Shown here: in pieces, positions 21,489 through 39,949 of the stretch
Numbering within the stretch: the stretch's first letter is position 1
Layout: each line of letters opens with the position of its first letter
NCBI RefSeq assembly: GCF_001194135.2
Contig: NC_068982.1
Location: 76,922,587 to 76,962,535 of the forward strand
Length of the DNA: 39,949 nucleotides
Source: Octopus bimaculoides
Lineage: Eukaryota
Direction of reading: 5' to 3'
Position numbers and translations under genes: made by a program
The notes under the pieces: generated by a model
What the model saw: only the letters and a program-made list of their open reading frames with translations
What the model was told of the DNA's origin: nothing
Databases searched by the model: none

Positions 21489-22759
21489 TGTAGTAAGGGA
21501 TAGAAAATGAACATTTTGTAACCAAAATTTATCTTATATTTTAATCAATTTAGAGATATGATGCAGGGTTATGTTTAAACCTCCAGCCAAAGCAATGGAC
21601 TTGAATCCCCAAATACAACTACAGCATGCATAGATTAACATCAAACGCCAGGCAACTTCCTTGTGTCTATATGCCCCTTTAAGACAACACTGATTACATT
21701 TATTCTTCCTCACTCTTGGTGGCCATCAGCAATGATGGCCCAGTGCTTGCTTGGAGGTTAAGTGTTATTGGTATAAGGATGACAAATTTGGATTTGTTAA
21801 AATCTCACTAGCTTTCTTCTGAAAGAAGAGTTTAAAAAAAAAAAAACAGATTTTCTTACTGTTTCTCTTCCTTTGGCATTCCACTAGTCAGAAGAGAGGG
21901 TAAGGAAATGTTTCTTTCACCTTTCCAGGGTTGATAAAAATATTTTGGGGTCCAATTCAATCAATTACACTCTGAACTTAGGAATTTTTGAACTAGTTTC
22001 AGAGTAAGAAATCATTGTTTTTTTTTTTTAAATAAAAATTTGTTTTGCAGTCGTTTTCTCCTCTAGATTTTCTAGCCAGCTCAACCAGCTGGTCTCATTT
22101 TGTCTCACTGTACATTATTTTAGGCAAGTGTCTTTTACTATAGCCCCAGGCTTTGTGAGTGGATTTGATAGATGGAAACTAAGACTTGTGTATATATGTA
22201 TTACTCCCCTTGCTTTGATATTGGTTTCAAATTTTGGTACAAGGCCAATTTTGGGGGCAGGGGATAAGTCTAATACATCAAACCCAGTGTTCCATGGGTA
22301 CTTATTCTTTCAACCCTCAAAAATGTGAAAGGTAAAATTGACCTCGCCAGAATTTGAACTCTGAATGTAAAAGACACAAAATGCCACTAAGCATTTTGCC
22401 TAGTGCACTAACAATTCTGCCAGCTCACCGCCTTTCTCCTTGCCTTGATATGACATGATAGTTGTTAGTGTCACCATCATATAAAGTGTCCATTCTCCAT
22501 CTTCTTTAAAAATGCATCTGGTCGTGAGAAATATTACCTTAGTTGGAAACAGGAGAGGATTGGCAACAAGAAAGGCATTAAGTCATAAAAAAAATCTGTC
22601 CAACTCATGTAAGTATGGAAAATGAACATTAGAATGACAATGATGATGCATTTCTCAAACAAACTGGAAGTCTTAATTTTTACAGACATTAAGATCTATG
22701 TAGCTTTTCAATCTCCAAGAAGAAGTGAAAGATACTTTGCCACATGTTACACATGCTAA

Positions 22760-23470
22760 TGTGTATAGATGTCTTGAGAGATAAGCTGTGTATAAGAGGG
22801 ATGATGGATTTTGCGAGAGAACACTGTTGGTATGGACATAGGGATAAAAGCTTATGTGGACCTAGGTTGCGGACCAATGGGATAGATGATGGTAGTTGCA
22901 TTAAAAATATAAAAGGCCAGGCACTCAAAGTGGGTGATGCCTGTGGAAAGGAATTAAAAAGACATGGGACAAAATGGTGAAAAGCAATCTCAAAAGGCTG
23001 AGCCACACAAGAGATGACGATTGTGACAGAGTGGCTGAGATGCTCTGACAATATTAATTCACCACCCCATTGCTCTTACCATTTTCCCTTACTGACCCTA
23101 TTCCCCCAGTTTTTCCATCACCCAAACACTGTCATCTCCCTCTAATGCTTTCACTAACCCTGTCCCAACAGTTTCTGTCTCCACGTCATCTCTTTCTCAT
23201 ACTTTTATATTCATCCTTACAACAGAGTAAAACTGGATCCTCCTAATCAACCCACCCCATTTACCACAATAAATTTCTTCTTTCCATCATACTTTAGCTA
23301 AACACCTTTCTCATCGCTCATTCTCCTAGTCACCCTTTCAGCTGTGGAGGGATGTTTAGTCTTGCAAGTTACAAGATTACTTCACTAATACTGATATTAC
23401 AAAATGCCCCTAGTATATAATAAAGTGGCTGGTGTTAGGAAGGGCATTCAACCACAAGAAACCATGCCAC
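22760..23470 (+). mobile_element. RTE-clade LINE 3' fragment (RT C-terminus plus 3' UTR)
   Basis: LRDKLCIRG...WYGH...KTWDKMVKSNLKRL...CDR matches the RTE C-terminal pattern (WyGHv..; GRPxKTW..vvk.dl). The following UTR recurs elsewhere in the window. Confidence 0.6.
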
Positions 23471-23549
23471 TATCATTCATAATTCAGTTAAAAAAAGTAG
23501 AACAGTTAGTCATGGTAAAAATGGCTTGTAACATGTACCTCTCTTTCAC

Positions 23550-24625
23550 TGTTTTAACTGAATAAAGTCATCCATACAGTTCACAATGGGAAAGGAAAAA
23601 GACAATCAGCTGGCTTTCCTGGACACATTAACATGCACCAAGTATGGATTCAGGATGTCCATATACCGCAAGCTGTCCTTTACTGGACGATACCTCAACT
23701 TCAATTCCCACCATCCATACAGTGTAAAGAGAGGGATTGCTCAGTGCCTAAAACATTGTGCAAAGAATATAAGTAGTCATTGTGATACACACTACGAAGA
23801 AATGATCAAGCTCAGTAACGATCGGTTAAGCAACAACTACTCCAAAAGTATACTATCCACTCCAATTATGAAGAAGAGAGAGGATGAGGCCAATAAACTG
23901 TCCACAGTCTGTTTACCCTATGTGAAAGGCCTCTCTGAAAAGATGCAAAAGATATGCGGCCCATATGACATCAGGACAGTATTCAAGAGTAATACAACAC
24001 TTTGCAAATATCTCCGAGTAAAACCACCAATAGAAGAGAATTTGACCAAAGACTGCATGTACTCCATCCCATGCAGCTATGGTAGGTTATACAAAGGTGA
24101 AATATGCTGCCCACTCAAAATAAGGGTAGACGAACATCGCAAAGCTGCAATACGGGGAGATATTGATAAATCGAGTATAGCTGATCAAGTATGGAAAACT
24201 GGAGACCACCTCCCCCTGTGGGATGAAGTTAAAATAATAGACAGAGAACACCACTGAAAAATACGAAAACTAGAAGAAGCAGCACATATGCTAGGACACA
24301 ACAACCTCCTAAGCAGACCAAGTGCAGATATGGGAACCTGTATTAAGGAAGGATAGGAAAATATTAGATTTATAAGTGCTAGAATTCATTCCATAATTGC
24401 CCATGAGCATATGGCATAGTGGTTAAGAGCACAGGCTACTAACCCCCAAGATTCCTAGTTCGATTCCAAGCAGTGACCTGAACAACAATAACAACATCGA
24501 AAAATACCTTAGGAATGAGAACCCAGGTTCAAAATTTCCCCAAGACACCTGAAGAAAGCTGGGGGGTATATCATCTGAAACGTGTTAAACAAGATGAGGA
24601 CAAATATCCATCGAATGTAAATAAA
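23550..24625 (+). mobile_element. 5'-truncated Penelope-like retroelement (RT thumb + GIY-YIG + 3' terminal repeat)
   Basis: ORF 23586-24257: QFTMGKEKDNQLAFLD...YRKLSFTGRYLNFNSHHP..VKRGI...CLPYVKGLSE...CMYSIPCSYGRLYKGE...LKIRVDEHRKA...KSSIADQVW. It continues past a stop as KIRKLEEAAHM...LLSR, followed by a tRNA-like module and a hammerhead-like core. Confidence 0.9.
24545..24586 (+). ncRNA. Degenerate hammerhead ribozyme-like motif in the Penelope 3' repeat
   Basis: acac-CTGAAGA(24549-24555)-aagctg ggggg tatat catct-GAAACGT(24577-24583)-gtt. The core is present, but stem II is mismatched and the 3' strand of stem I is shortened. Confidence 0.5.
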
Positions 24626-25796
24626 GTATGATCTTTGTCTAATGATTATTCATGCAACACACTATAGTGATTGTATCCCTGCTGACTGGAACTGAAAATG
24701 GCTTGTGAAGGCCTGGTAAGAAGTTAACAGTTCTTGGTATTCATCATCATCGTTTATAATCCGTTTTCCATGCTGGCATGGGTGGGACAGTTCGACTGGG
24801 GCCGTTAAAAAAAAAAAATTCCTTTCACAATTTCAATAGATAGCACTGTAATACCAGTCATAAGTAAACAAAACAGCATAAAAGTAAGAGTAATGTAGCT
24901 GCAGTAGTGTTTAAAAACTGATTTTTATTTACTGAGTAATTGTAATTAATATCAACGTCAGTTCAATCAAAATTTGAGTTACCTACCCCTACTTTGTTTT
25001 TTAACAAAGGTTAATCAAATTGATGTTTCAACAAGTGGGATGTATAGTTTACTACAGAATGGAGTATGAGTAAACAAGTGAATAAATCTTGCAATTTGGG
25101 AGGGGGGAGGGAGACTTCCCAAAATTCCTTAAATCCTCAGCTAGAGCCCCAACGCAGTTTAACCTTTTAGCATTTAAACCAGCCATATCCAGCCTAAATA
25201 TTTACCTATTTTATATGTTCAAATGAACTAGATCTGGCCTCTTACACCTGTTCTACACTATCACATTAAAAATAAACAATCATCAAAATCCCAAAACCAC
25301 AAGATAATTGCATGATTAATTTGAAACCATGTGAATAAATAAGCACTGCAGATTAATCTAAATGTTAAACGGTTAATGACTTGTCCAGATAAGATATACC
25401 TGAAACGAGACAAGATGTTCACAGCTGAAATACCTATAAGTCTGTCCAATCAGGTCTGACCTGAGTTAACATAACACTTAACTCTGCAGGACCTCTAACT
25501 TTCTATTGTATCCATTATCATCATTTAATATCCATCTTTCACGCTGGATGGATTGGATAGTTCGACAGGATCCAAGCCAGAGGGCTGCATCAAGCTCCTG
25601 CCTGATTTAGCGTAGTTTCTGAGGCTGGATGCCCTTCCTAATGTCAACTACTTTTTTCATGACACTGGAGCTAATGTGGTCACCAAGTAACTTGCAAAGC
25701 AAAGAGAGAGGAAGAAGCTCTCTCAACTAAGTGGGTTTGTAGAAGAGGTGGAGGTAACTTTTGTGCCAGGTGTTAAAGTGCTAAAGTATTATACAA

Positions 25797-26066
25797 CAGG
25801 GGTTTTCAAACTGTGGTCCGCGGACCACAGGGGGTCCAATAGACAGCAAATACTTTTTATGGGCAATTTGATTTTATATGTTTTTTAATCGAAATCTTTT
25901 AATTGACAATAAACCTATTTGTTAAATACTGTTAAATAAATAAATGTAAAATTGTTATTTTAAGCAAATATTTATGTATAAATTTCATAAGCGTTTATAA
26001 GGGGGTCCCTAAGGTAAAGCCTGAAATATAAAGGGGTCCGCAAGTCAAAAAGTTTGAAAACCCCTT
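25797..26066. mobile_element. hAT (Charlie-type) MITE, 270 bp
   Basis: TIR CAGGGGTTTTCAAACT / AGTTTGAAAACCCCTT; perfect 8-bp TSD TTATACAA (25789-25796 and 26067-26074); internal 20-bp palindrome CTGTGGTCCGCGGACCACAG (25811-25830). Confidence 0.92.
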
Positions 26067-27648
26067 TTATACAAGGGCAGGCACAAGTGCCTTGTTATAA
26101 AGATGGTCATTCCACAATATATAAGTGTAGCTGAAAAGAAGATGATGATAATGATAAGGTGTCAAGGTACAAGATAAGTTGAGAGAGAATATGAGCTGAG
26201 GAACAGGAAAGATGGGTGGATAAATTCATGAGAGGATAGTGACAAATGGTTAGAGATGGGTGTAGAGGTAAATGTAGTGAATGATGTACAAGGGTGGAGG
26301 TGTGGTCAATGGTTAAATGTCAGTATGGTAAAAGGAATAGCTCAGGAAGTGGCAGACTTGTATGTTCAAACTGAATTGAGGTGAGAGCATTAATTACAGA
26401 ACATAAATCACTCATTAAACAAAAATAACCATCACAATACATTCTAACAAAGAGTAGATATTTTTATTTGCATGAGTTTTGTAAAAGTTTTTGTTTTTTT
26501 ATCATGTGGGAGAATTCCTCAATTACATAAGGCTTCTACTCTACTTTGAATGTATGTAGTTTGATTAAAACACACAAAAACTGAATATTTATGAAAGGTT
26601 ATGTACCAGGGTCAATTTTGTGAAAGGGAGAGGATATATTTTGAGGAGTAGGATTGGCAGTAATAAAAGACTGGGACAAGATTAAAACATCTTCCCCAGT
26701 TGAAAATGAAACATCCTGCAACTTGACAAACCAAAACTAGATCACAACTGGTTTGTTAATGATATGCCAGTCACACTAGAATCAAGCACAAATCACCTCA
26801 GTATATAACTGGTACTAATCTCATCAGCCCATGCAGAGTTAAAATAGAACTAAAGACTAAATTTAGTCTCAACACTGCTGTTTTGTCAACCTGCCACTCT
26901 TATAGCAATAATTCTAATTTTGGAACAAGGCTAGCAATTTTGAGGGGAAGGCAACTCAGTTACATTGATTCCAGTATTTTACTGGTACTAAAATGTATTG
27001 ACCCCAAAAGGATGAAAGGCTAAGTTAACCTCAGTGGAATTTGAATGTAAAGAACCAGAAGAAATACCACTAAGCACTTTGACCAACACTAACAATTTTT
27101 CCAGCCCATCACCTTAATAATAATAATGATTTCCTTTTAAATGTCCTTAGTCTGAAGACTGAATAGTAGTTTATCATGATTAGCAGGATAAAAACAAATT
27201 TTCATTATTTAAGACATTGACTTTGTAATTCTTAACCCCCACCTTTTTTTTTTTCGAAATAAAACTCAGAACAAACCTAGGGCATAAGTTAATTTTGGGA
27301 TAACGCATACTGAACTAAATTACACCCACTAACAAGCCCCCATAATGAACAATGCCACAAACGAATCTCTAAGTGGAGGAGACCAAATTAGAGGTTCGTA
27401 TTATTGACAACCCTAATTCATTAAAAACAAACTGTGCATACCCTGTTGTTCAATAGGTAAAAAGACACTATATACATATGAAAGTAGTGAGAGAAAGTAA
27501 TAATGGATGAATTAGTGCTTAAGTGATTAATTACTAAAATAGTCAGAGAAAAGGTCTTCAATAACTTGTGGCTAGAACAAGTTCAGGTTGCCTCATTAGT
27601 TGTTAAAGCATTTTCCTATAGAAGTTTCTTCCAAAAACTGTTTTATAT

Positions 27649-35179
<7,531 letters not shown>

Positions 35180-35296
35180 TTAGTTTGTTAATTTATCTGT
35201 TTAACTACAAAAGAAATTCAAAGTGACTTCCTAGACAGGCTTTTTCTCTAACAGATGACAGCAAGCACTACGAGAGCGAACGTCCTACTGAAGGGC

Positions 35297-35367
35297 TGGC
35301 GCGAATCTGAGCAAGAAACGCGCCAAAGGAACTAAATTACGTTTGTCACATGTAATCTCGCGAGATT
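35297..35367 (-). promoter_or_regulatory. PCNA proximal promoter: two E2F-type sites and a TCTCGCGAGA palindrome
   Basis: On the minus strand, TTCGCGCC (35298-35305) and TTTGGCGC (35320-35327) lie 125-155 nt upstream of the ATG. The 14-bp palindrome AATCTCGCGAGATT is at 35354-35367. PCNA is a classical E2F target. Confidence 0.7.
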
Positions 35368-36131
35368 TGGCAGGGTTGCTGCGTGATTTGCTATTTCGGT
35401 CAAAGAACAAGATGGAGGCTGGGTTTAAATAACGAAAACATTCGGGTAAGACAAATACGTCGCTATATATCTCTTATTATCGTTATTTCAATATTCATGA
35501 CCTTTCTATTACAGTTGTTTGAACTGTCATTAATTATATTTCACTCGTTTAATTTACAACAACTCGTACTGTTAAGTCATGTCCAAACTGTGTTAAAATC
35601 TTATTTGCAGACGACGACGATTCATCAATGAAAATATACATTAACGAGATTGAAATCTCATGGCAATTTTCATTGCATTCCTTTTTTATGAGATGTCATA
35701 ATTTACTAAGACATTAAAATATGTGTATGTGTAATACATTCTTTACTTTATCCTTTACAGGGATGTTTGTTACTAATGGTGCTTTCTGTTGTTGAAATAA
35801 TATTTGCTTACGTATATTCTAAAATTGTGTTTCGGTCAGCAGACAGAAATAGTGCTATAATACCACACCTATCGGCTTACACCTATTACTGCTACCCCTT
35901 CTGACTGTTCGTAATACCTTGGTGCATCTATAAAGAGGTTTCTCTGATTAACAGTAGAACTTTTCATTCTCGTAGCTACATGTTGCTATTAATATCTCGC
36001 ATGTCCTTCTCGGTTTTTTGACAGATAAACGTAACATCTTAACCAGGTAAACATTACACCTTAACGAATACCTTATACCTTTCAGATGAAACTCGGAACG
36101 AAACGATTATGTTATTTTCCCTATCAAAATT

Positions 36132-36162
<31 letters not shown>

Positions 36163-36385
36163 ACTAGCATACTCATAAATGCCGACAGTTTTATTAATGA
36201 TAGAAAATATCATATGTTTATACATAGAATTGAAGCACTTGAATCAGATACGGTTGTAATATCTCGGCCGTGTGTGTGTTGGCATCTTGCGTAAATAATG
36301 TCTTCTACTATGGACCAAAGCCTTGTGGGTGGATTTGGTAGACGGAAACTGAAAGGCGCCCGTCGTATATATGTATATATAGGTA

Positions 36386-36629
36386 ATCTTCAAGTTTAGG
36401 GGATAAAAAAAATAAATAAAAATATTCAAGGGAAATAACTGAACGACTTACCAGTATTATCCGTTTTCTTCTAGCTGTTTATAAATAAATCACACCCTAA
36501 CCCTAACGTCAATCAAATCACGTGTGTGATTTATTTATAAATAGAGATGTACGGAGAATACTGGTAAGACGTTCAGTTACTTCCCTTGAATATTTTTATT
36601 TATTTTTTTATCCCCCTAAACTTGAAGAT
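36386..36629. mobile_element. Foldback/MITE with CCCTAA repeats in the loop
   Basis: Arms 36386-36495 and 36524-36629 are near-perfect reverse complements; CCCTAACCCTAA at 36495-36506; the right end runs into a gap. Confidence 0.75.
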
Positions 36630-37125
36630 NNNNNNNNNNNNNNNNNNNNNNNNNNNNNNNNNNNNNNNNNNNNNNNNNNNNNNNNNNNNNNNNNNNNNNN
36701 NNNNNNNNNNNNNNNNNNNNNNNNNNNNNNNNNNNNNNNNNNNNNNNNNNNNNNNNNNNNNNNNNNNNNNNNNNNNNNNNNNNNNNNNNNNNNNNNNNNN
36801 NNNNNNNNNNNNNNNNNNNNNNNNNNNNNNNNNNNNNNNNNNNNNNNNNNNNNNNNNNNNNNNNNNNNNNNNNNNNNNNNNNNNNNNNNNNNNNNNNNNN
36901 NNNNNNNNNNNNNNNNNNNNNNNNNNNNNNNNNNNNNNNNNNNNNNNNNNNNNNNNNNNNNNNNNNNNNNNNNNNNNNNNNNNNNNNNNNNNNNNNNNNN
37001 NNNNNNNNNNNNNNNNNNNNNNNNNNNNNNNNNNNNNNNNNNNNNNNNNNNNNNNNNNNNNNNNNNNNNNNNNNNNNNNNNNNNNNNNNNNNNNNNNNNN
37101 NNNNNNNNNNNNNNNNNNNNNNNNN

Positions 37126-37296
37126 CATTCAGCCGATATACATTAAGTGCCGACTACATAAACAAACGATTCTTCGTTTTATTTGCTTTTTTCATTTTAA
37201 ATTTGCTTTAACCCTAACTCTAACCCTAGGGTTAGGGTTAATTGTTTCAGAATCGTTTGTTTATGTAGTCGGCACTTAATGTATATCGGCTGAATG
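37126..37296. mobile_element. Foldback/MITE with perfect 48-bp arms and inverted telomere-like repeats in the loop
   Basis: 37126-37173 is the exact reverse complement of 37249-37296; the loop contains TAACCCTAACTCTAACCCTAGGGTTAGGGTTA (37209-37240). Confidence 0.75.
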
Positions 37297-37693
37297 GACG
37301 TCAGTGATTGGTTGAAATTACAGAAATACGACAACTTTAACATGGAATAATTTATGGATTTCTTTTTTTTTAAGAAGACTAAGAGAAAAAGATGTTTTAT
37401 ATGACACATTCTACCAGTGATCCAAGTTTCAAAGTGTTTCGTTAATGAAAAATGTGGCCCCCGTTTTAAAAAAGATCCTATATATACATACCTTCTGTGG
37501 GGTCGGTAGAGTTAAATGGTACTATGTACTTGTTCTTGACATGTTTAAAATGTTTAATTCTTACGTGTATTCACATGATGAAAATGTTTTATTTTTCTTT
37601 TTGCTTGATATAACATTTCTGTTCTTCGATAAAAAAAAAAAATAAAAAACACATCTGAAACAGCTCTAGTGAACCACAATCCATCTTGTTATT

Positions 37694-37735
<42 letters not shown>

Positions 37736-37744
37736 CATAATACT

Positions 37745-37985
37745 TCTATTGTCCTTGCTGGCATGGGTTGAATGGTTTGGCTGGGCTGGCACGCTGGAAG
37801 GCTGCACCAGACTCCAATCTGATTTGGCATGGTTTTCTACAGCTGGATGCCCTTCCTAAAACCAACCACTCCAAGAGTGTAATGGGTACTTTTACATGAC
37901 ACCGGTATCTGCCACAGCTGTGATTTTGCTCGGCTTGATGGGTCTTCTTCTCAAGCGCAGCATAATACCTAAGGTCTTGGTCATT
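37745..37985 (-). mobile_element. RTE-type 3' UTR repeat
   Basis: GCTGGCATGG...GGTTTTCTACAGCTGGATGCCCTTCCTAA motif shared with ~13500-13800, ~20380-20600 and ~25520-25700. Confidence 0.6.
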
Positions 37986-38095
37986 GCCTCCATGAGACCC
38001 AACACTCAAATGGAACTCAGCCACTTTGCCTACGTTAAGCCCAACACTCAAAAGGAACTCAGTCACTTTGCCTCCATGAAGCCCAGTGCTCAAAA
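37986..38095. repeat. 42-bp tandem repeat (2.6 visible units) running into a gap
   Basis: Units start at 37986, 38028 and 38070 (GCCTCCATGAxxCCCAACACTCAAAxGGAACTCAGxCACTTT). Confidence 0.85.
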
Positions 38096-39008
38096 NNNNN
38101 NNNNNNNNNNNNNNNNNNNNNNNNNNNNNNNNNNNNNNNNNNNNNNNNNNNNNNNNNNNNNNNNNNNNNNNNNNNNNNNNNNNNNNNNNNNNNNNNNNNN
38201 NNNNNNNNNNNNNNNNNNNNNNNNNNNNNNNNNNNNNNNNNNNNNNNNNNNNNNNNNNNNNNNNNNNNNNNNNNNNNNNNNNNNNNNNNNNNNNNNNNNN
38301 NNNNNNNNNNNNNNNNNNNNNNNNNNNNNNNNNNNNNNNNNNNNNNNNNNNNNNNNNNNNNNNNNNNNNNNNNNNNNNNNNNNNNNNNNNNNNNNNNNNN
38401 NNNNNNNNNNNNNNNNNNNNNNNNNNNNNNNNNNNNNNNNNNNNNNNNNNNNNNNNNNNNNNNNNNNNNNNNNNNNNNNNNNNNNNNNNNNNNNNNNNNN
38501 NNNNNNNNNNNNNNNNNNNNNNNNNNNNNNNNNNNNNNNNNNNNNNNNNNNNNNNNNNNNNNNNNNNNNNNNNNNNNNNNNNNNNNNNNNNNNNNNNNNN
38601 NNNNNNNNNNNNNNNNNNNNNNNNNNNNNNNNNNNNNNNNNNNNNNNNNNNNNNNNNNNNNNNNNNNNNNNNNNNNNNNNNNNNNNNNNNNNNNNNNNNN
38701 NNNNNNNNNNNNNNNNNNNNNNNNNNNNNNNNNNNNNNNNNNNNNNNNNNNNNNNNNNNNNNNNNNNNNNNNNNNNNNNNNNNNNNNNNNNNNNNNNNNN
38801 NNNNNNNNNNNNNNNNNNNNNNNNNNNNNNNNNNNNNNNNNNNNNNNNNNNNNNNNNNNNNNNNNNNNNNNNNNNNNNNNNNNNNNNNNNNNNNNNNNNN
38901 NNNNNNNNNNNNNNNNNNNNNNNNNNNNNNNNNNNNNNNNNNNNNNNNNNNNNNNNNNNNNNNNNNNNNNNNNNNNNNNNNNNNNNNNNNNNNNNNNNNN
39001 NNNNNNNN

Positions 39009-39633
39009 CAGAACACTTGAATTTAACAGACCATTGATTACAATCCCAGAAATTCCATGAGGTCAATTGCAAAAGATTTCCATGTGTAAGAAAGAACAGT
39101 CAGAAATATTGTCCATGAAGACATCAGATGTGTCTTATGACGAGGAAAGATCAAGTTGTCAGAAAAAGCAAAAGAAAGTCTCTACATCAGATCTAAAAGG
39201 TTCTTAAACAAACTGAAAAATCCAGCAGAAGAAGATTTGATTTGACCAAGATCAAGAAGTTAACAGAAGAAATGACAGAGGATTATGTGCAGGCCCTTCT
39301 GAAGTTCCAAGTGTTATGCATACAAAATTTCCTGCAACTGTCATGGTTTTAGGGGTTGTTAGCAATGAAGGACATATGATGCTTCCTTACTCCTTTCCAC
39401 AAGGCCTTAGAGTTAACTCTGCCGCCTGCATTTAGGTCCTGGAAACAATTGTTAAGCTCTGGATAGACACTGTATGCAATGGAAGGTCATATGTGTTTCA
39501 GTAAGACTCTGCACTATCACACATGGCTCTAGTAACACAGGAATGGATGGCTGAAAATTTTCATGATCACAATACCTCTAAAATTTGGCCTCCTAATTCC
39601 CCAGATCTCAATCCACTGGACTATTACATGTGG
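39009..39633 (+). mobile_element. Degenerate DD37D (maT) Tc1/mariner-superfamily transposase fragment
   Basis: VMHTKFPATVMVLGVVSNEG...YVFQ*DSALSH...WPPNSPDLNPLDYYMW; 37 residues between the second and third catalytic D. Confidence 0.85.
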
Positions 39634-39643
39634 NNNNNNNNNN

Positions 39644-39949
39644 CAGAAAATAATAATGGCAGACCCTCAGCTTACTCAAGAAATGAAGAGATATGCTGTT
39701 ATTGTGGTTATAAAGGCTGAGCATAGCAATTTAGAAATACCTTGATTTTTAAAAGTTGCCAAAGTTTGTAAGGAGTTAGAGATTGAAGATGAAAACATAT
39801 CACCAGTATCAAAGCATAAAAAGCATTCTAAAGGCTCTGAAATTATCAGAACACTTGAATCTAACAGACCATTGATTACAATCCCAGAAATTCCATGAGG
39901 TCAATTGCAAAAGATTTCCATGTGTAAGAAAGAACAGTCAGAAATATTG
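39644..39949 (+). mobile_element. 5' part of the same maT-type element, truncated by the window end
   Basis: MKRYAVIVVIKAEHSNLEI... N-terminus; 39847-39949 repeats 39009-39111 with one mismatch. Confidence 0.65.

Overview
AT-rich, repeat-dense, intron-containing animal genomic DNA from a draft scaffold with six N-gaps (13811-14639, 19042-19324, 32929-33003, 36630-37125, 38096-39008, 39634-39643). The SINE/LINE families look like octopus (coleoid cephalopod); this is an inference. Two spliced genes lie tail to tail. (1) On +, a fold-type II PLP enzyme of the serine/threonine dehydratase - serine racemase family (751-21488): 8 exons can be read, and one phase 0-0 exon is absent from the visible sequence and probably lies in the 13811-14639 gap. 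(2) On -, a complete 5-exon PCNA (35173-27649, 261 aa), with E2F-type sites and a TCTCGCGAGA palindrome upstream and a second E2F cluster in intron 1. Introns and intergenic DNA hold fossil hAT, Tc1, DD37D (maT) and Chapaev3-like transposons, several MITEs/foldbacks with readable TIRs and TSDs, RTE and CR1-like LINE fragments, many tRNA-derived SINEs and two Penelope-like elements. The most striking non-coding signal is an apparently intact minimal type I hammerhead ribozyme (16965-17022, -) in the terminal repeat of one Penelope-like element. A degenerate hammerhead, preceded by a tRNA-like module, sits in the other. I see no convincing wholly new protein system; the best leads are these ribozyme-bearing retroelements, the unusual active-site Thr of the PLP enzyme, the PCNA cis-elements and several long intronic hairpins.
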